From Octopus sinensis (lineage: Eukaryota): a DNA stretch of 64,000 bases. Made by a program: the position numbers and the translations under genes. A model generated the notes under the pieces. It ran no database searches, was not told the DNA's origin, and worked only from the letters and a program-made list of their open reading frames with translations. The stretch spans positions 134,664,001 to 134,728,000 of the forward strand of contig NC_043000.1 in assembly GCF_006345805.1 (NCBI RefSeq). The letters are read 5' to 3'. This document shows positions 1 to 12,060 of this stretch, piece by piece (positions within the stretch are counted from its first letter, which is position 1; every line of letters begins with the position of its first letter).

Positions 1-483
1 ACATATATATGCACGTACGTACAAGACCAGTTTAAATTGCCCGCCAAACAGCTCCATGCGCGATATATATATATATATCACCATCATCTAACGTCCGTTT
101 TCCATGCTGACATGGGTTGGATGGTTTGACTGAAAACTGGTAAGCAGGGAGGTGCACCAGGTTCCAATCTGATTTGGCATGGTTTCTATGGCTGGATGCC
201 CTCCCTAATGCCAACAGATATGTGTGTATGCTTATGTCTCTTTGCTTTGACATTGTGTGATAGTTATAAATGAGTGTCACTGTCATATACACAACATCAT
301 TTATTTCCAACATTTTGCAAAAACGTTTGGGCAAGTATTTATTACCTTGCTTAGAAAATGGTGAAGGTTGGTTGAAAGGAAGGGCATCTGACAGTCAAAA
401 AGCTGCTTCAATAAACTCAACTCAAGCAAGCATGGAAAAGTGGATGTTGATACAATGGTGATAATAATATTACTAATATCTAT

Positions 484-712
484 AAGGTGGCAGAAACGTT
501 AGCACACTGGATGAAATGCTTAGCAGTATTTCGTCTGTCTTTACATTCTGAGTTCAAATTCCACAGAGGTTGACTTTGCCTTTCATCCTTTTTTGGGGGT
601 GGGGTGGGGGGTCGATAAATTAAGTACCAGTTGCATACTGAGGTCAATCTAATTGACTGCCCCACCTCCCTCAAAATTTCAGGCCTTGTGCCTAGAGTAG
701 AAAACAAAAGAC
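484..712 (+). mobile_element. tRNA-headed SINE family C (tail type 2)
   Basis: TGGCAGAAACGTTAG and GAGTTCAAATTCC A/B-box-like motifs; 16-bp TSD TATTACTAATATCTAT (468-483, 713-728). Confidence 0.85.
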
Positions 713-1149
713 TATTACTAATATCTATGCTATTGACCGTAGAGAATGAAAGGCTGTTAACATTGATGGGATTTGTATGGTACTGAAGTTTAAAAGCTAA
801 CAACTTAGCACTTTCCTCCAACCTTTTAATAACAATACTTTCCCATGTAAAAAAACAAAATATTTAGAGAAAGAAAAGTCATTCAAAATACAAATGCCTT
901 TCTCAAGACATTCCAAATGAGCATTAAAATAGTTATAAACTCAATTCATCGGAAACAGCTCTTTGACTGCACTATAAAAGATTAAAGACTCTATTTGCAA
1001 AAAGTTCTCACTCTTAAATATAAATAACTATTTCATTACATAAGCAGGGAGCCTAAGGTCTTTAAGAGAAATAGGAAATGTAGTGGCATATTCTTTCTCA
1101 TTTGAGTGACGTGGTAAAATAAGTTAAAATGGTAAGGAGCCAAACCTGC

Positions 1150-1900
1150 TTGAGTGTTCAATTTATCAACAAGTGGGCGTTATTGTTGACAGCGATTTGC
1201 GTTGGACAAAACACATTGCTAAAATTGCCAAGAAGGCTGAGGGTGTCTTGGCATCACTCACCAAGTCCTTTGTGAGCCACTCTCCAGCTTTATATAGCTA
1301 TGGTACGACCTCACCTGGAATTTGCATCACTGGTTTGGAACCCCTATCTTGTCCAGGATATTAATCGTTTGGAAGCTGTTCAGCGACGTGCAACCAAGAG
1401 AATACTCTCCATCAGGCATTTGCTATATTCTGAATGCCTTACTTCCCTGGGCATGGACACATTGAAACTCCGACGTCTGGCAGCTGACTTGGCAGACACC
1501 CATAGAATTATTAACCATCTTACAAACAATAACTCTGAGCACCTCTTCAAACTTCACCTGTCTAACACCCGTGGACATGTTTACAAAATCAGAAAACAGC
1601 ACAGCTCCCATGACTTTCGGAAACACTTTTTCATGCTAAGAGTTGCTGAAGCATGGAACAGACTGCCGGCATCAGTTGTTAGTTGTCGGAGCACTGCATC
1701 CTTCAAAACTTCCATGCTTCTTGAGATTTGCCAACACTACACCTGATTTTCTCCCCTCCATACACACACAAGCATGCATCTGACTCATACACTGTTCGCT
1801 TTCCAGACATTTGTACATTACTACATATGTTTTATACGCACTTTTGACAAATTGTGGTGCACCTGAGCACTGTATACAATAATTTCATTATTATATTATT
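1150..1900 (+). mobile_element. CR1-clade LINE, 5'-truncated 3' end
   Basis: VRPHLEFASLVWNP...QRRATK...TRGH...FRKHFF.LRVAEAWNRLP (ORF 1300-1746), followed by 3' UTR and a TTA-rich tail. Confidence 0.88.
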
Positions 1901-2224
1901 AAATAGACATAATTCAGTAACAACTATAATTATTAACCCTTGTTATTAAATGCAATTAATGAGGGTGGATTGGCTGAATTCTTAGTCAGATAAAATGCCA
2001 TGCAGAATTTGTTGTGGCTCTTTATGTTCTGAGTTCAAATCTTACCAAGCCAATTTTGCCTTTCATTCCTCCTGGGTCAGTAAAATAAAGTACCCATCAC
2101 ATACTGAAGTTGGTTATTTAGAAGTTTCCTCCTCTCAAAATAACTGGTCTTTTGCCTAATTTAGAAACAGTTACAAAATGTAAAACTTTCTTAAAAGTTT
2201 GTAGGATTTGTGTCACAGAAGCAG

Positions 2225-2583
2225 TGCTTTTTTTACGTGCCACCGGCATGAAGGCCAGTCGGGGCGGCGCTGGCAATGGCCATGTTCGGATGGTTCTCTT
2301 ACGTGGTGGCTGTTGCCAGCCTCGTCTGGCCCCCGTGCCGGTGGCACATAAAAAGCACTATCCAATCGTGGCCGTTAGCCAGCATCGTCTGGCACCTGTG
2401 CAGGTGGCACGTAAAAAACACCCACTACACTCTCGGAGTGGTTGGCGTTAGGAAGGGCATCCAGCTGTAGAATCACTGACAGATCAGACTGGGCCTGGCG
2501 CAGCCTTCTGGCTTCCCAGACCCCAGTTGAACCGTCCAACCCATGCTAGCATGGAAAACGGACGTTAAACGATGATGATGATG
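2225..2583 (+). mobile_element. family-A repeat (RTE-associated, (GAT)n tail)
   Basis: aaaaacacccactacactctcggagtggttggcgttaggaagggcatccagctgtag...aacgatgatgatg. Confidence 0.85.
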
Positions 2584-2966
2584 AAGCAGTGTGGGACATG
2601 TGCAGATACAAATTAAGGTAGGGATAGGGATATAATAATGCTTGCATCACAATAAAATCATTTCCTATTTCTTAGTATTTAACTCTGTTATGCACTTATA
2701 AATCAAGCATTATACACACACACATTGTAGAATCTTTTCAGAGCAAACTGCATCAAATTTCACTATACTGTTTAATCATTAGAATATCCTTCTTGATGGT
2801 TGTTAAGTCATCCCAGAACCAAGGTACTTTGGGTGTTGTAACCAAGTCAGCTAAGACAGTTGATTGTAGGGTAAAACACATGACCACGACTGTTAAATTC
2901 ATCACGGATAAATACATTGCTTATAATTCCATCAAGAGTAATAGATCATTGGTATATTTATTATAA

Positions 2967-3197
2967 GGCGGCGAGCTGGCAGAAACGTTAGCACGCCGGG
3001 CGAAATGCGTAACCGTATTTCGTCTGCCGTTACGTTCTGAGTTCAAATTCCGCCGAGGCTGACTTTGCCTTTCATCTTTTTGGGGTCGATAAATTAAGTA
3101 CCAGTTACACACTGGGGTCGATGTAATCGACTTAATCCGTTTGTCTGTCCTTGTTTGTCCTCTCTGTGTTTAGCCCCTTGTGGGCAATAAAGAAATA
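2967..3197 (+). mobile_element. SINE family C (tail type 1)
   Basis: Full head ggcggcgagctggcag..., CpG-rich, tail ...gaaata. Confidence 0.88.
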
Positions 3198-3858
3198 GGT
3201 ATATTAATTGTCTTGCCAAACAGATCACTGGAGGGCTGGATGCAAAACAATGACATAAGGTGGTGAGATGAATGGATCTGGAGTGTAATACCAGCCTAGA
3301 TCTAAAGAACAAAAGTCATTATAGCAGCAAAGAAAACAGAGAAAGGAGACAGCACACTTGTGGAGTGTGTGATGTGTCTGTTAGTGATTTAATGCCAATC
3401 AGTTGAGTGGCTTTTTCTCTGGATGTGGTCCAGGTTAAGTGTGTGAATAGCAGCAGCACTATCACAGATGAGGGGGTAGTACTCCGTTGCAGGCCTACCT
3501 TGAGTTTTGAGGTGTGTAACTTTCATAAAACTATATCTGCTGAAGACCTGCTCTCTAATGTTATGAGAGATACCACGTGCCTGACAACAAAATATTCTGC
3601 TCAAATTACAAAAACAACACATAAGTTTGCTTTAGCTTAAGTTAGCAGAGCTGCTTTTTAAGGCTTCGTTAGTGCTGGATCTCTGAAACTGGTGAAGGGA
3701 AGGGAGATAAAAACCATGACTCATGCAAAAGCAGGAAGCAGCTTACCACAACAATAAATTATCTCCAAACTGGGATCTTTGAATGCTTACAACAAAGAGG
3801 ATTTTACTATAAGCATGAAAGGAGAAAATATTAAATTGGATGACAGATTAAGTATACC

Positions 3859-4085
3859 TATTTCTTTACTACCCAGAAAGGGCTAAACATGAGGGGACAA
3901 ACAAGGATAGACAAACGGATTAAGTCAATTACATCGACCCCCAGTGCGTAACTGGTACTTAATTTATCGACCCCGAAAGGATGAAAGGCAAAGTTGACCT
4001 CGGTGGAATTTGAACTCAGAATGTAACAGCAGACGAAATACCGCTGAGCATTTCGCCCGGCGTGCTAACGATTCTGCCAGCTCGC
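3859..4085 (-). mobile_element. SINE family C (tail type 1)
   Basis: 18-bp TSD TGACAGATTAAGTATACC (3841-3858, 4086-4103). Confidence 0.9.
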
Positions 4086-4559
4086 TGACAGATTAAGTAT
4101 ACCACCAAGAATATACACAGTACATCCAATAAGCTTCTGTAGAATTTCTGTCTACCAGTTTTCATTTGATCTAAGGATAGTGTAGAAGACACTTACCTAA
4201 AGTTTGCACAGTGGAATTGCACTTAGAACAATGAGATTGCAAAGTAAAACTTTTAATCTAATTGTTAGGTAAATGTATTATTTATTTGTAGGCTGCCTAA
4301 AAATTATATTAAAAATTCAAACAAAAAGCAAGGACACTAATAATATAAATTAAATGAACAAACATAAATGAAGTCTGACAATATAGCATCTGGCTGTACA
4401 AAGTCTACCTCAAAACTGTCTGATCCAATGCTAGCATGGAAAAGTGGATGTTAAAAAAACAACAACAACAACATAATATAGTTCAATAATGTTTTTACTT
4501 TGGCATCAGGTTAGAAATCAATCACAGAACAGGCTTGCCACTTATTCTGTCAACCAGGT

Positions 4560-4810
4560 GATGGAAAGCAGATTGAAAAGTCAGTAAGGGAACTTCTACA
4601 TGGCTGTATGAGCCAACAAGGGAACTTCTACGTAGCTCGATCTACTAAGAATAGCAGTCAAATCTCCCCCAGATTGTACCACACTGTGTTATGCAAGGAC
4701 AAGACAAATTAGATAATGTAGTATCACTGAGATGGGATGATCGTAGCTGGAATGCCTTTGATTGTAGATCTGTTTGATCAGGGCTGTTCAGGCCCTTAAC
4801 AAGAACAAGA
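4560..4810 (-). repeat. old interspersed repeat
   Basis: Similar segments at ~51320-51510, ~45815-45970, ~17590-17720 and ~12410-12500 (gctatttctagcagg / attccagctatgac motifs); class unknown. Confidence 0.45.
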
Positions 4811-4949
4811 CAATGAAAAGCAAAGTGAACTCCAGCAGGATTTCAACTCAAAAGTTTAGAAGGATGAAGCCACATCACTGCAAGGCATTTAGCCCAGTGT
4901 GCTACCATTTTCCACTCTTTACTACCCGAATATAATTTTGTCAACAGAA

Positions 4950-5863
4950 ATTACTAAATAATATAGACACACAAAAAGAAAAATAAGTGCAGTAGATAAA
5001 ATATTTCTATGATTTGTTTATTCATACAAATAACATTTGAAGAAACAAAAATATAAATGAAAACATAAAAAAAAAAATGAAACAAACAAACAAAAAAAAA
5101 ATCAAAGGGTAAGAAACTTCCAGAACAAGTGACCCTCATTCTTGAAATTTCAGCCACCACTTAGTATTAATAACAACAAAAAGTTTACATCTTTGTATTT
5201 TTTTAGCCCCTTTTATTATTTTTCTTATCAAAATAAGAAAAAGAAACATTGTAAGGAACAGACAGTTATTTAGCAAAAGAAGAATGGTAGAATGTGATTG
5301 CTGCTGATGTATTCTTTTCCATTGAATAACAAAAAACATCTAGATACAAACACACACAGACATACACACATACTCCCCCAAGTGTGCATAATAGATATAT
5401 GTAAAATATACAAGAGCATTATACACACACACACGCATACATACGCAGAGAATATACACGTGCAATAATACTATTTATAGACACGCGTACATATAAATGA
5501 GCTTTACTCACATTCACACTATCATTCCCTGTTCACGCATTTGAGTTTGAAACGATTGATTAATTCCAAGTGTAGAGTTGCAAGATTGCAAACTTTCCCG
5601 ATAACCACTCCCGACTCAACTCAACTCTTGATAAAGGTGTGTGTGGTATGTGGGTGTGGATGTGTGTGTGTGTGTGTGAGTGTGTTCATGTGTAAGGGAA
5701 AGAACTGAGAAGGAAATAAAAACGATGGTTTTTGTGGGAGAAAAAGCTGAAAGTCACTGTTTCAGCAATGCCTAAAAAGCCTGTCCTTGACTTGGAATAT
5801 TACCAGTAACTGGATGGTATTGTTACAAATGGCCAAATTTGTACTACTTTTAAGCTACAGCTT
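4950..5863 (-). other. candidate STT3B 3' UTR
   Basis: Non-repeat U-rich minus-strand sequence after the stop; AATAAA candidates at 5212-5217 and 5017-5022. True 3' end unknown. Confidence 0.4.
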
Positions 5864-5941
5864 TTATTTTAATTTCCTTGCTTTTTTGATTCCTTTCTTA
5901 ATTCTAGGTTTGTCCTTGATTCGGCCTTGTTTTCTTCTTGC
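5864..5941 (-). CDS. STT3B: STT3B last coding exon: ARRKQGRIKDKPRIKKGIKKARKLK*
   Basis: 78 nt; acceptor ttttgcag; basic tail resembling the lysine-rich STT3B C-terminus; TAA at 5864-5866. Confidence 0.88.
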   Translation of the reverse strand, partial: ARRKQGRIKDKPRIKKGIKKARKLK

Positions 5942-6134
5942 CTGCAAAAGCAATGGTAATCATCAGTATTATAATCATGACAAGAAACAAAAGTTTACAA
6001 CAGAAAAAATTAAGCAGTTACATTATAAACTGGGCAATAGGCCCTATCTACAGACCCTTAGAATTCAATCATGAGAGGCTTGCTCTAAGTTACTGAGTAA
6101 GTTTAATAAATAAATGGTGAGATTCAGGCTATAA

Positions 6135-6403
6135 TTGACAATCAGGTCCATCGCTAGGGACATGGGAGTGTCTGAGTTTCTTATCAGGCAGGTAGTGCAT
6201 GAGGACATTTGGTATTCCTCATACAAGATGAGAAGGTCAATTTTTATCCCAAGCCATCAAGGACAAGAGGTAAGACCGCACAATGAAGCTTTTGAATTCA
6301 AGCATCCCCTCCATTGTCGGGTTTTTCTCAGACAAGGAAAATATCTGCCAGGATCAGATGGTGATTACACAGAACAACTGTTGGTTTGTCATGTCCCCAA
6401 AAC

Positions 6404-6404
<1 letters not shown>
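6135..6404 (+). mobile_element. fragment of the same DD37D-like transposase
   Basis: Closely matches 8875-9130; ends at a (TA)n run. Confidence 0.85.
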
Positions 6405-6439
<35 letters not shown>

Positions 6440-6441
<2 letters not shown>

Positions 6442-6640
6442 CGGAGATGTACTCGCATAGCAAGTGATTTGATCTGAGATCGTGTGCTGAAACGAAAACA
6501 ATTGCAGCGTGGAAGGTGTTTGTAAGCCATTTAAGAAACACAAAAGCCGTTCGACTCACTTCAACATTTAAGTTTAATTTGTCAAAATATTTTTGTCACT
6601 AAAATCCACGACCTGTTCACTGACAAAAATCCGTGCTGCA
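6440..6640 (-). mobile_element. longer copy of family H2 between (TA)n runs
   Basis: Aligns with 15964-16111. Confidence 0.7.
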
Positions 6641-6655
6641 TATATATATATATAT

Positions 6656-6905
6656 AATCATCACATTCGTTTAACGTCTGCTTTCCATGCTAGCATGGGT
6701 TGGACGATTTTGACTGAGAGCTGGCGAACCAGATGGCTGCACCAGGCTCCAATCTTGATCTGGCAGAGTTTCTACAGCTGGATGCCGTTACTAACGCCAA
6801 CCACAACAAGAGTGTGGTGGGTGCTTTTCATGTGCCACCGGCACGGGGGCCAATCAGGTGGTACTGACAATGACCTCGCTTGAAACTTTTTACACATGCC
6901 ACCGG
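6656..6905 (-). mobile_element. family-A repeat
   Basis: Reverse complement of family A. Confidence 0.8.
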
Positions 6906-6917
6906 CACAGATGCCAA

Positions 6918-7244
6918 TATTCTTTTACGTTTCAGTCATTTGACTGTGGCTATGCTGGAGCACTGTCTTGACCCTAGGACTTATTTCTTAAGCCTAGTAC
7001 TTATTCTATCAGGGTCTTTTGCTGAACTGCTAAGTTACAGGGATGTATACACACCAACGCTGGCTGTCAAGTGGTGATGGGGGGGGCAAACATAGACACA
7101 CACACACATACACGATAGGTTTTCAGTTTCTGTCAGCTAAATCCACTCATCAGGCTTTGGTCAGCCCAAGGTGCCATGCAGTGGGACTGAACTTGGAACC
7201 ATGTGGTTGGAAAGTAAGCTTTTTACTACACAGCCACGCCTGCA

Positions 7245-7246
<2 letters not shown>
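6918..7246 (-). mobile_element. SINE family B, diverged
   Basis: Homology to family B; partial or older copies also at ~8270-8450, ~43140-43325 and ~60855-61090. Confidence 0.75.
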
Positions 7247-7275
<29 letters not shown>

Positions 7276-7277
<2 letters not shown>

Positions 7278-7990
7278 TCATCATCATCATCATCGTTTAA
7301 CGTCCGTTTTCCGCGCTAGCACGGGTTGGACGGTTTAGCCGGGGTCTGGAAAGCCAGAGGCCTCTCCAGGCTCCAGTCTGATCTGGCAGAGTTTCTACGG
7401 CTGGATGCCCTTCCTAACGCCAACCACTCCGCGAGTGGATTGGGTGCTTTTTACGTGCCACCTGCACAGGGGCTGGGGGGTCCGGCATCGGTCACGATCG
7501 GTTCGAGCTTTTCTAGAGCTGAGTTGGGGGGGGGGGGGTCTAGCTGAGAAAGGTTCCACCTGTGGAAAGAGAGGGAGAGATAGTGGGGGGGTGCAGGTAA
7601 TATAGGGAAGCACCAGTGGGGAAGGTTGGGTAAGGAGGAACGGTGACAAGGAATGGGTTGGTGCAGAAGAAATAAAAACGTAGGATATCACGAGACGGGG
7701 AGGGGACTAGAAGGAGATGGTCGGATTGAGGCAGTGACAGATTCTAAACAGGAGGTAGCGTAAGATCAGTGGGGCAGTTAATGAGCTGCGGTGCTAGCAG
7801 CTTGACTTGGTGGGGGGGAAGGGGTAGTACACAGTGAAAGCATGTGAGAAGGAGGGGTAGAAGGGGGAGACACACGCAATGGTGGTGGGGGAGGAGGAGG
7901 GCATATCCGGTGTAGATGGTGAGAACAGTGTTCACCGGTATTGGTGGTGGGGGTGAGAACAGTGTTCACCGCCGTATGGCGGAGAAATAT
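7276..7990 (-). mobile_element. family-A repeat with long upstream pyrimidine-rich (minus-strand) extension
   Basis: Family A at 7276-7500; extension composition resembles the RTE 3' UTR at 10140-10690 (inference). Confidence 0.65.
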
Positions 7991-8019
7991 GAAAATTAAG
8001 GATTGAAGGGTTACGTAAA

Positions 8020-8248
8020 ATACACCAATCCGACCGTGGCCGTTGCCAGCCTCGCCTGGCACCTGTGCAGGTGGCACGTAAAAAGCACCCACTACACTCA
8101 CGGAGTGGTTGGCGTTAGGAAGAGCATCCAGCTGTAGAAACATTGCCAGATAAGACTGGATCCTGGTGCAACCTTCTGGCTTCCCAGATCCCCAGTCGAA
8201 CCGTCCAACCCATGCTAGCATGGAGAACGGACGTTAAACGATGATGAT
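8020..8248 (+). mobile_element. family-A repeat
   Basis: Consensus match. Confidence 0.85.
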
Positions 8249-8456
8249 ATATATATATATATATATGTTTGCATGTCTGTGTTTCCCCCCCCCACACACA
8301 CACTGCTTGACAACCAATGTTTACATCCCTGTAACTTAGCAGTTCAGCAAAAAGGTATCAATAGACTAAGTGCTAAGCATACAAAGAATATGTCCTGAGG
8401 TTGATTTGCTCAACTAAAGGCAGTGACCTAGCATGACTGAAACCAGTAAAAGAATA

Positions 8457-8487
<31 letters not shown>

Positions 8488-9708
8488 CGGGGTGCGGTGG
8501 GTAAATTGTCACCATTTAATATTTTTAATTTCACGCATTTTGTTTTTGACTTTGTTGACTACACAGTATGGTAGGGTCAGTTGGGCACCATCTGTGAGAA
8601 AAACAGCACCATGATACAATTCACTCAGCCAGAAATTTGGAAATGACATGCTGTACTGCTCGGCATTTGTACCAGAAGCTCCAATACAAACATTTCAGAC
8701 TGTTTGGATGTCAATCTGAGGACGGCGCAGAGGATTCAGAAGGAGTTGGATGAGTCTAATGGTGATTACAAAGGTACGGCAGCTCAGAAAACTCACTCTG
8801 ATCATTCTGACAAGAAAAGAACTCCTGAATTTGTTGGTGAGATCCAGGCTATGATTGACAATGATCCCTCCAAGTCAATCAGGTCCATGGGAGTGTCTGA
8901 GTTTCTTATAAGGCAGGTAGTGCATGAAGACATTTGGTATTCCTCATACAAGATGAGAAGGTCAATTTTTATCCCAAGCCATCAAGGACAAGAGGTAAGA
9001 CCACACAACGAAGCTTTTGAACTCAAGCATCCCCTCCATTATCAGGTTTTTCTCAGACAAGAAAAATTTCTGCCAGGATCAGATGGTGATTACACAGAAC
9101 AACTGTTGGTTTGTCATGTCTCCAAAACATGTACCAAGAGTAATAAAAATCAAACATCCAGTCAACATCATGCTGTTTGGAGTGATCACTAGTGATGGCG
9201 ATGTTATGCCTCCATTCATCTTCCCACATGGCCTCAGATTCAACATGGAGGCCTATATCAAGTGCCTGGAGGAGGTAGTGCTGCCCTGGGTTGAGAGGGT
9301 GGCTGCTGGATGACCCTATGTCTTGCAACAGGACTCTCCACCATGCCACACTAGCAAGAAAACCCAGTCATGGTTGTCAGACAATTTCTGCAACCACATC
9401 ACCCCTAACATCTGGCCACTTAACTCCCCAGACTGTAATCTCCTTGTAACACCAAAGATGAACTGAAAGCAAAGATTATGGCAGCATTCACCAACTTAAA
9501 CAAAGAAACTATCCAGAAGAGTTGCAGAAGATTCCGAAGTCATCTGGAAGCTGTGGTTGAAGCCAATGGCGATTTTATTTACTGAATTTACTCTTTAGTA
9601 TTTCAAAATATTTTTATGTAATTTAGGTATGTATATCTGTTAAAATGAGATGTCGGTGTTATTTTCATTTTTGTGTAATTTAGATGATAATTTACTCACT
9701 GCACCCTG
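8488..9708 (+). mobile_element. Tc1/mariner element, DD37D (maT)-like, near full length and degraded
   Basis: TA-flanked TIRs CGGGGTGCGGTGGGTAAATTGTCA / TGATAATTTACTCACTGCACCCTG; FFSD; QQD followed by 37 residues ending SPDCNLL, then a deletion. Confidence 0.88.
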
Positions 9709-9894
9709 TATGTATGTATGTGTATATATATATATATATAAAAAAATATATATATAAAAATACAAAATGGGACAAGAACGCAAAACTCAAAGAGACGACA
9801 CAAAAATCGGACGGGTCATTCGAAGCCTCTAATCTTCAGTCAAGAACCGGATCATCCTCGCAATTTCGAATGATATATATATAAATATATGAAA

Positions 9895-10800
9895 GAGGAA
9901 TCAAATGTAGCATGCAAGAGAGAAGATTATGTTGGTTTGGACATGTGATGCGTATGAATGAAGACAGCTGCATAAATAAGTGCCGATCACTGAAAGTGGA
10001 TGGTACCTGTAGAAAAGGGAGACCTAGGAAGACATGGGATGAAGTGGTAAGGACTGAACTCAGGAAGATGAACCTCACAGAGGAAATGGCTATGAACTGA
10101 GATGTCTGGCGATATGAAGTACTTGAGAAGACCTGCCCACATCAGTGAAACTTAGTTCTAGAAGCGCTGTGTGTCCCACCCACACTTAAGAAAAATTCTC
10201 ACACTCTACAACAATGAACCAAACTATGTCTCTACAACTCTTCTCTTCCTCACATTTCCACATCATGTACTATGATTACCTCCCACTCTCCAAATCCGGT
10301 AGCCTCTCCAACACTATATACACCCAGGTCTTTCACCACTTACTTGTACTCCCTTTGTAATATTGTCACTGGCATTTGAACCCCAAGGGTATGCCCTGGC
10401 TCTTGCCACTATCTATATCTCTCTTCTTTTACTGTGAGTATGCCCAGCATTTTGCCACCGTCTCCATCCTGTGGTCTTCCACTTTCTCTCTCCTTCTCCT
10501 ACACTTCCCTCAGGTTGGGTAACCATGTATTTTCTTTGCAGTAGCATACCTGTTTCTGTCTTCATTCCTGATATTCCTCTCTCTGGCCAAGTAACCTTGT
10601 ACTTCCTCTACAGCAAGACACCTGTGTCTGTCTCATTATAACCCTTTCATCATCCCCTCTCAAAAGTTTTTGTCTGGCAAGTATTTGGTGACCCTGTCAG
10701 TGCAGGTGCCACTTAAAAGCACTCAGACCACACTGTAAATTGGTTGGTGTCTGGAAGGGCATCCAGCTGTAAAAACCTTATCAAAACTGACCTCACCTAT
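9895..10800 (+). mobile_element. RTE LINE 3' end plus pyrimidine-rich 3' UTR
   Basis: ERRLCWFGHVMRM...RKGRPRKTWDEV (ORF 9912-10100); ends in an aaaagcac...ggaagggcatccagctgt motif. Confidence 0.8.
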
Positions 10801-11340
10801 GCATCTGCCATATAAAAAGCACTAAGCACCCTGCCTGATGTAGCTAATATCCTGCTAATAAATCCGATTTTAACTTCACAAAGCATGATATAAAGATTTT
10901 AGATGTGTAGGTAGAACATTATAACTTTCTGGGAAGAATTAGTGATGGGTGGCAACTAAAACATTCAAACTTTTTATGGTGTTCATTGTTTTCAGAAAGT
11001 TATGAAGCTGTAAATAGATCAGGTGTGTAATAGAAGGGAAAATTAAGCACATTATGTTCTACATGTCCAAGCATCAGAGGTGTTGACTTGGACAGAGAAA
11101 GGTAAGATGAAAACTAGATATTTGTCTAAACTATCTTTCTAATCATATAAAGATTACACATATAACAATTGAACTATATCAAATGAGAAATAAGTCTGAC
11201 ATTATCTTTTATGAAAAAATGTCTAAAATCTTTATATCATGCTTTGTGAAGTTAAAATCGGATTTATTAGCAGGACATCAGCTATATATATAAAATAGAG
11301 ATACACAGAAACAAGATTTCTTATAAAAGCTTAAACTTAC

Positions 11341-11547
11341 AGTTTTCGTTGAGTATCGCTTGGTAGGTCTCTTCACAGGCCGCCGAACTTTAATCCGTTG
11401 GCGATTTTCCAAATCTCTTACTTTGTAAATTCTGACCAACCAATGTTCAGTAGTATATGCTTCCTCAAGATGACTAAGATCAAAATCTTTGTTTCCAATT
11501 TCTACTCCCCGAGTCCGATCAAATCCAGGAGGATTTCTGAAATCAAG
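11341..11547 (-). CDS. STT3B: STT3B exon: [20 protein letters not shown]...[11 protein letters not shown]...KRYSTKT
   Basis: 207 nt; ttatag/gtaagt. Confidence 0.96.
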
Positions 11548-11699
11548 CTATAAAAAAAAAAAAAAGAAAATTGAATTTCTTAGATGTAAAAAAACAAACA
11601 ATTTCTAACTTAAATTTTAAACTTTATTTGCTGTGTTTGGAGGAAGGGCCAATACCCAAGACTTTTTGCAAGCCCTCAGAGACCGAGAACTAAATGGCA

Positions 11700-12060
11700 A
11701 TAATATTCTGTCTAAAATGTTGCAGGTTAACAACATTCACTGCAAAGATATAAACAGCGAAGATTCCAGAGGGTCAATGTTCAAGGGAGAAAGAACTGAG
11801 AAAGGTGGTTAGTGCAAGCTAGAAAGGAGGAGGGTTTAGATGCAACAAGGATGACAAAGGGTATATGTACAAGACCAGCCAGCACTAAGGAACAAGGGCC
11901 ATTATAGTAGCAATAGAAAAGACAGAGACAGGAGACAGAATGCCTGTGAGCCAGAGGCAGGAGCTGGACCATGTCCGTTAGTGATTGAATGCTAATCAGA
12001 TGAGTGGGTCTTTTCTGGATGAAGTCTAGGATGTCTGTGTATGTAACAGAAGCACCAGCT
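11700..12060 (-). mobile_element. CR1/L2-group LINE C-terminal fragment
   Basis: LLPLAHRHSVSCLCLFYCYYNGPCSLVLAGLV resembles the 56480-56640 peptide; a related fragment lies at ~3230-3500. Confidence 0.55.

Noticed and set aside
2967-3060. tRNA-like sequences in SINE heads (also 33414, 47252, 31870)
   Set aside because: No complete cloverleaf or acceptor stem; they continue into SINE bodies with TSDs.
5863-5868. AATAAA overlapping the STT3B stop codon
   Set aside because: Arises from AAA-TAA-A codons; no evidence it is a used poly(A) signal.
7917-7972. Two copies of the imperfect palindrome GGTGAGAACAGTGTTCACC
   Set aside because: Lies inside a probable retroelement UTR; a short local duplication suffices and no regulatory evidence exists.
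9770-9872. CTGAAGA and CGAAA motifs on the minus strand with a short inverted repeat (tcattcgaa/ttcgaatga)
   Set aside because: Could not place stem II followed by GAAA and helix I in the right order; not called as a hammerhead.
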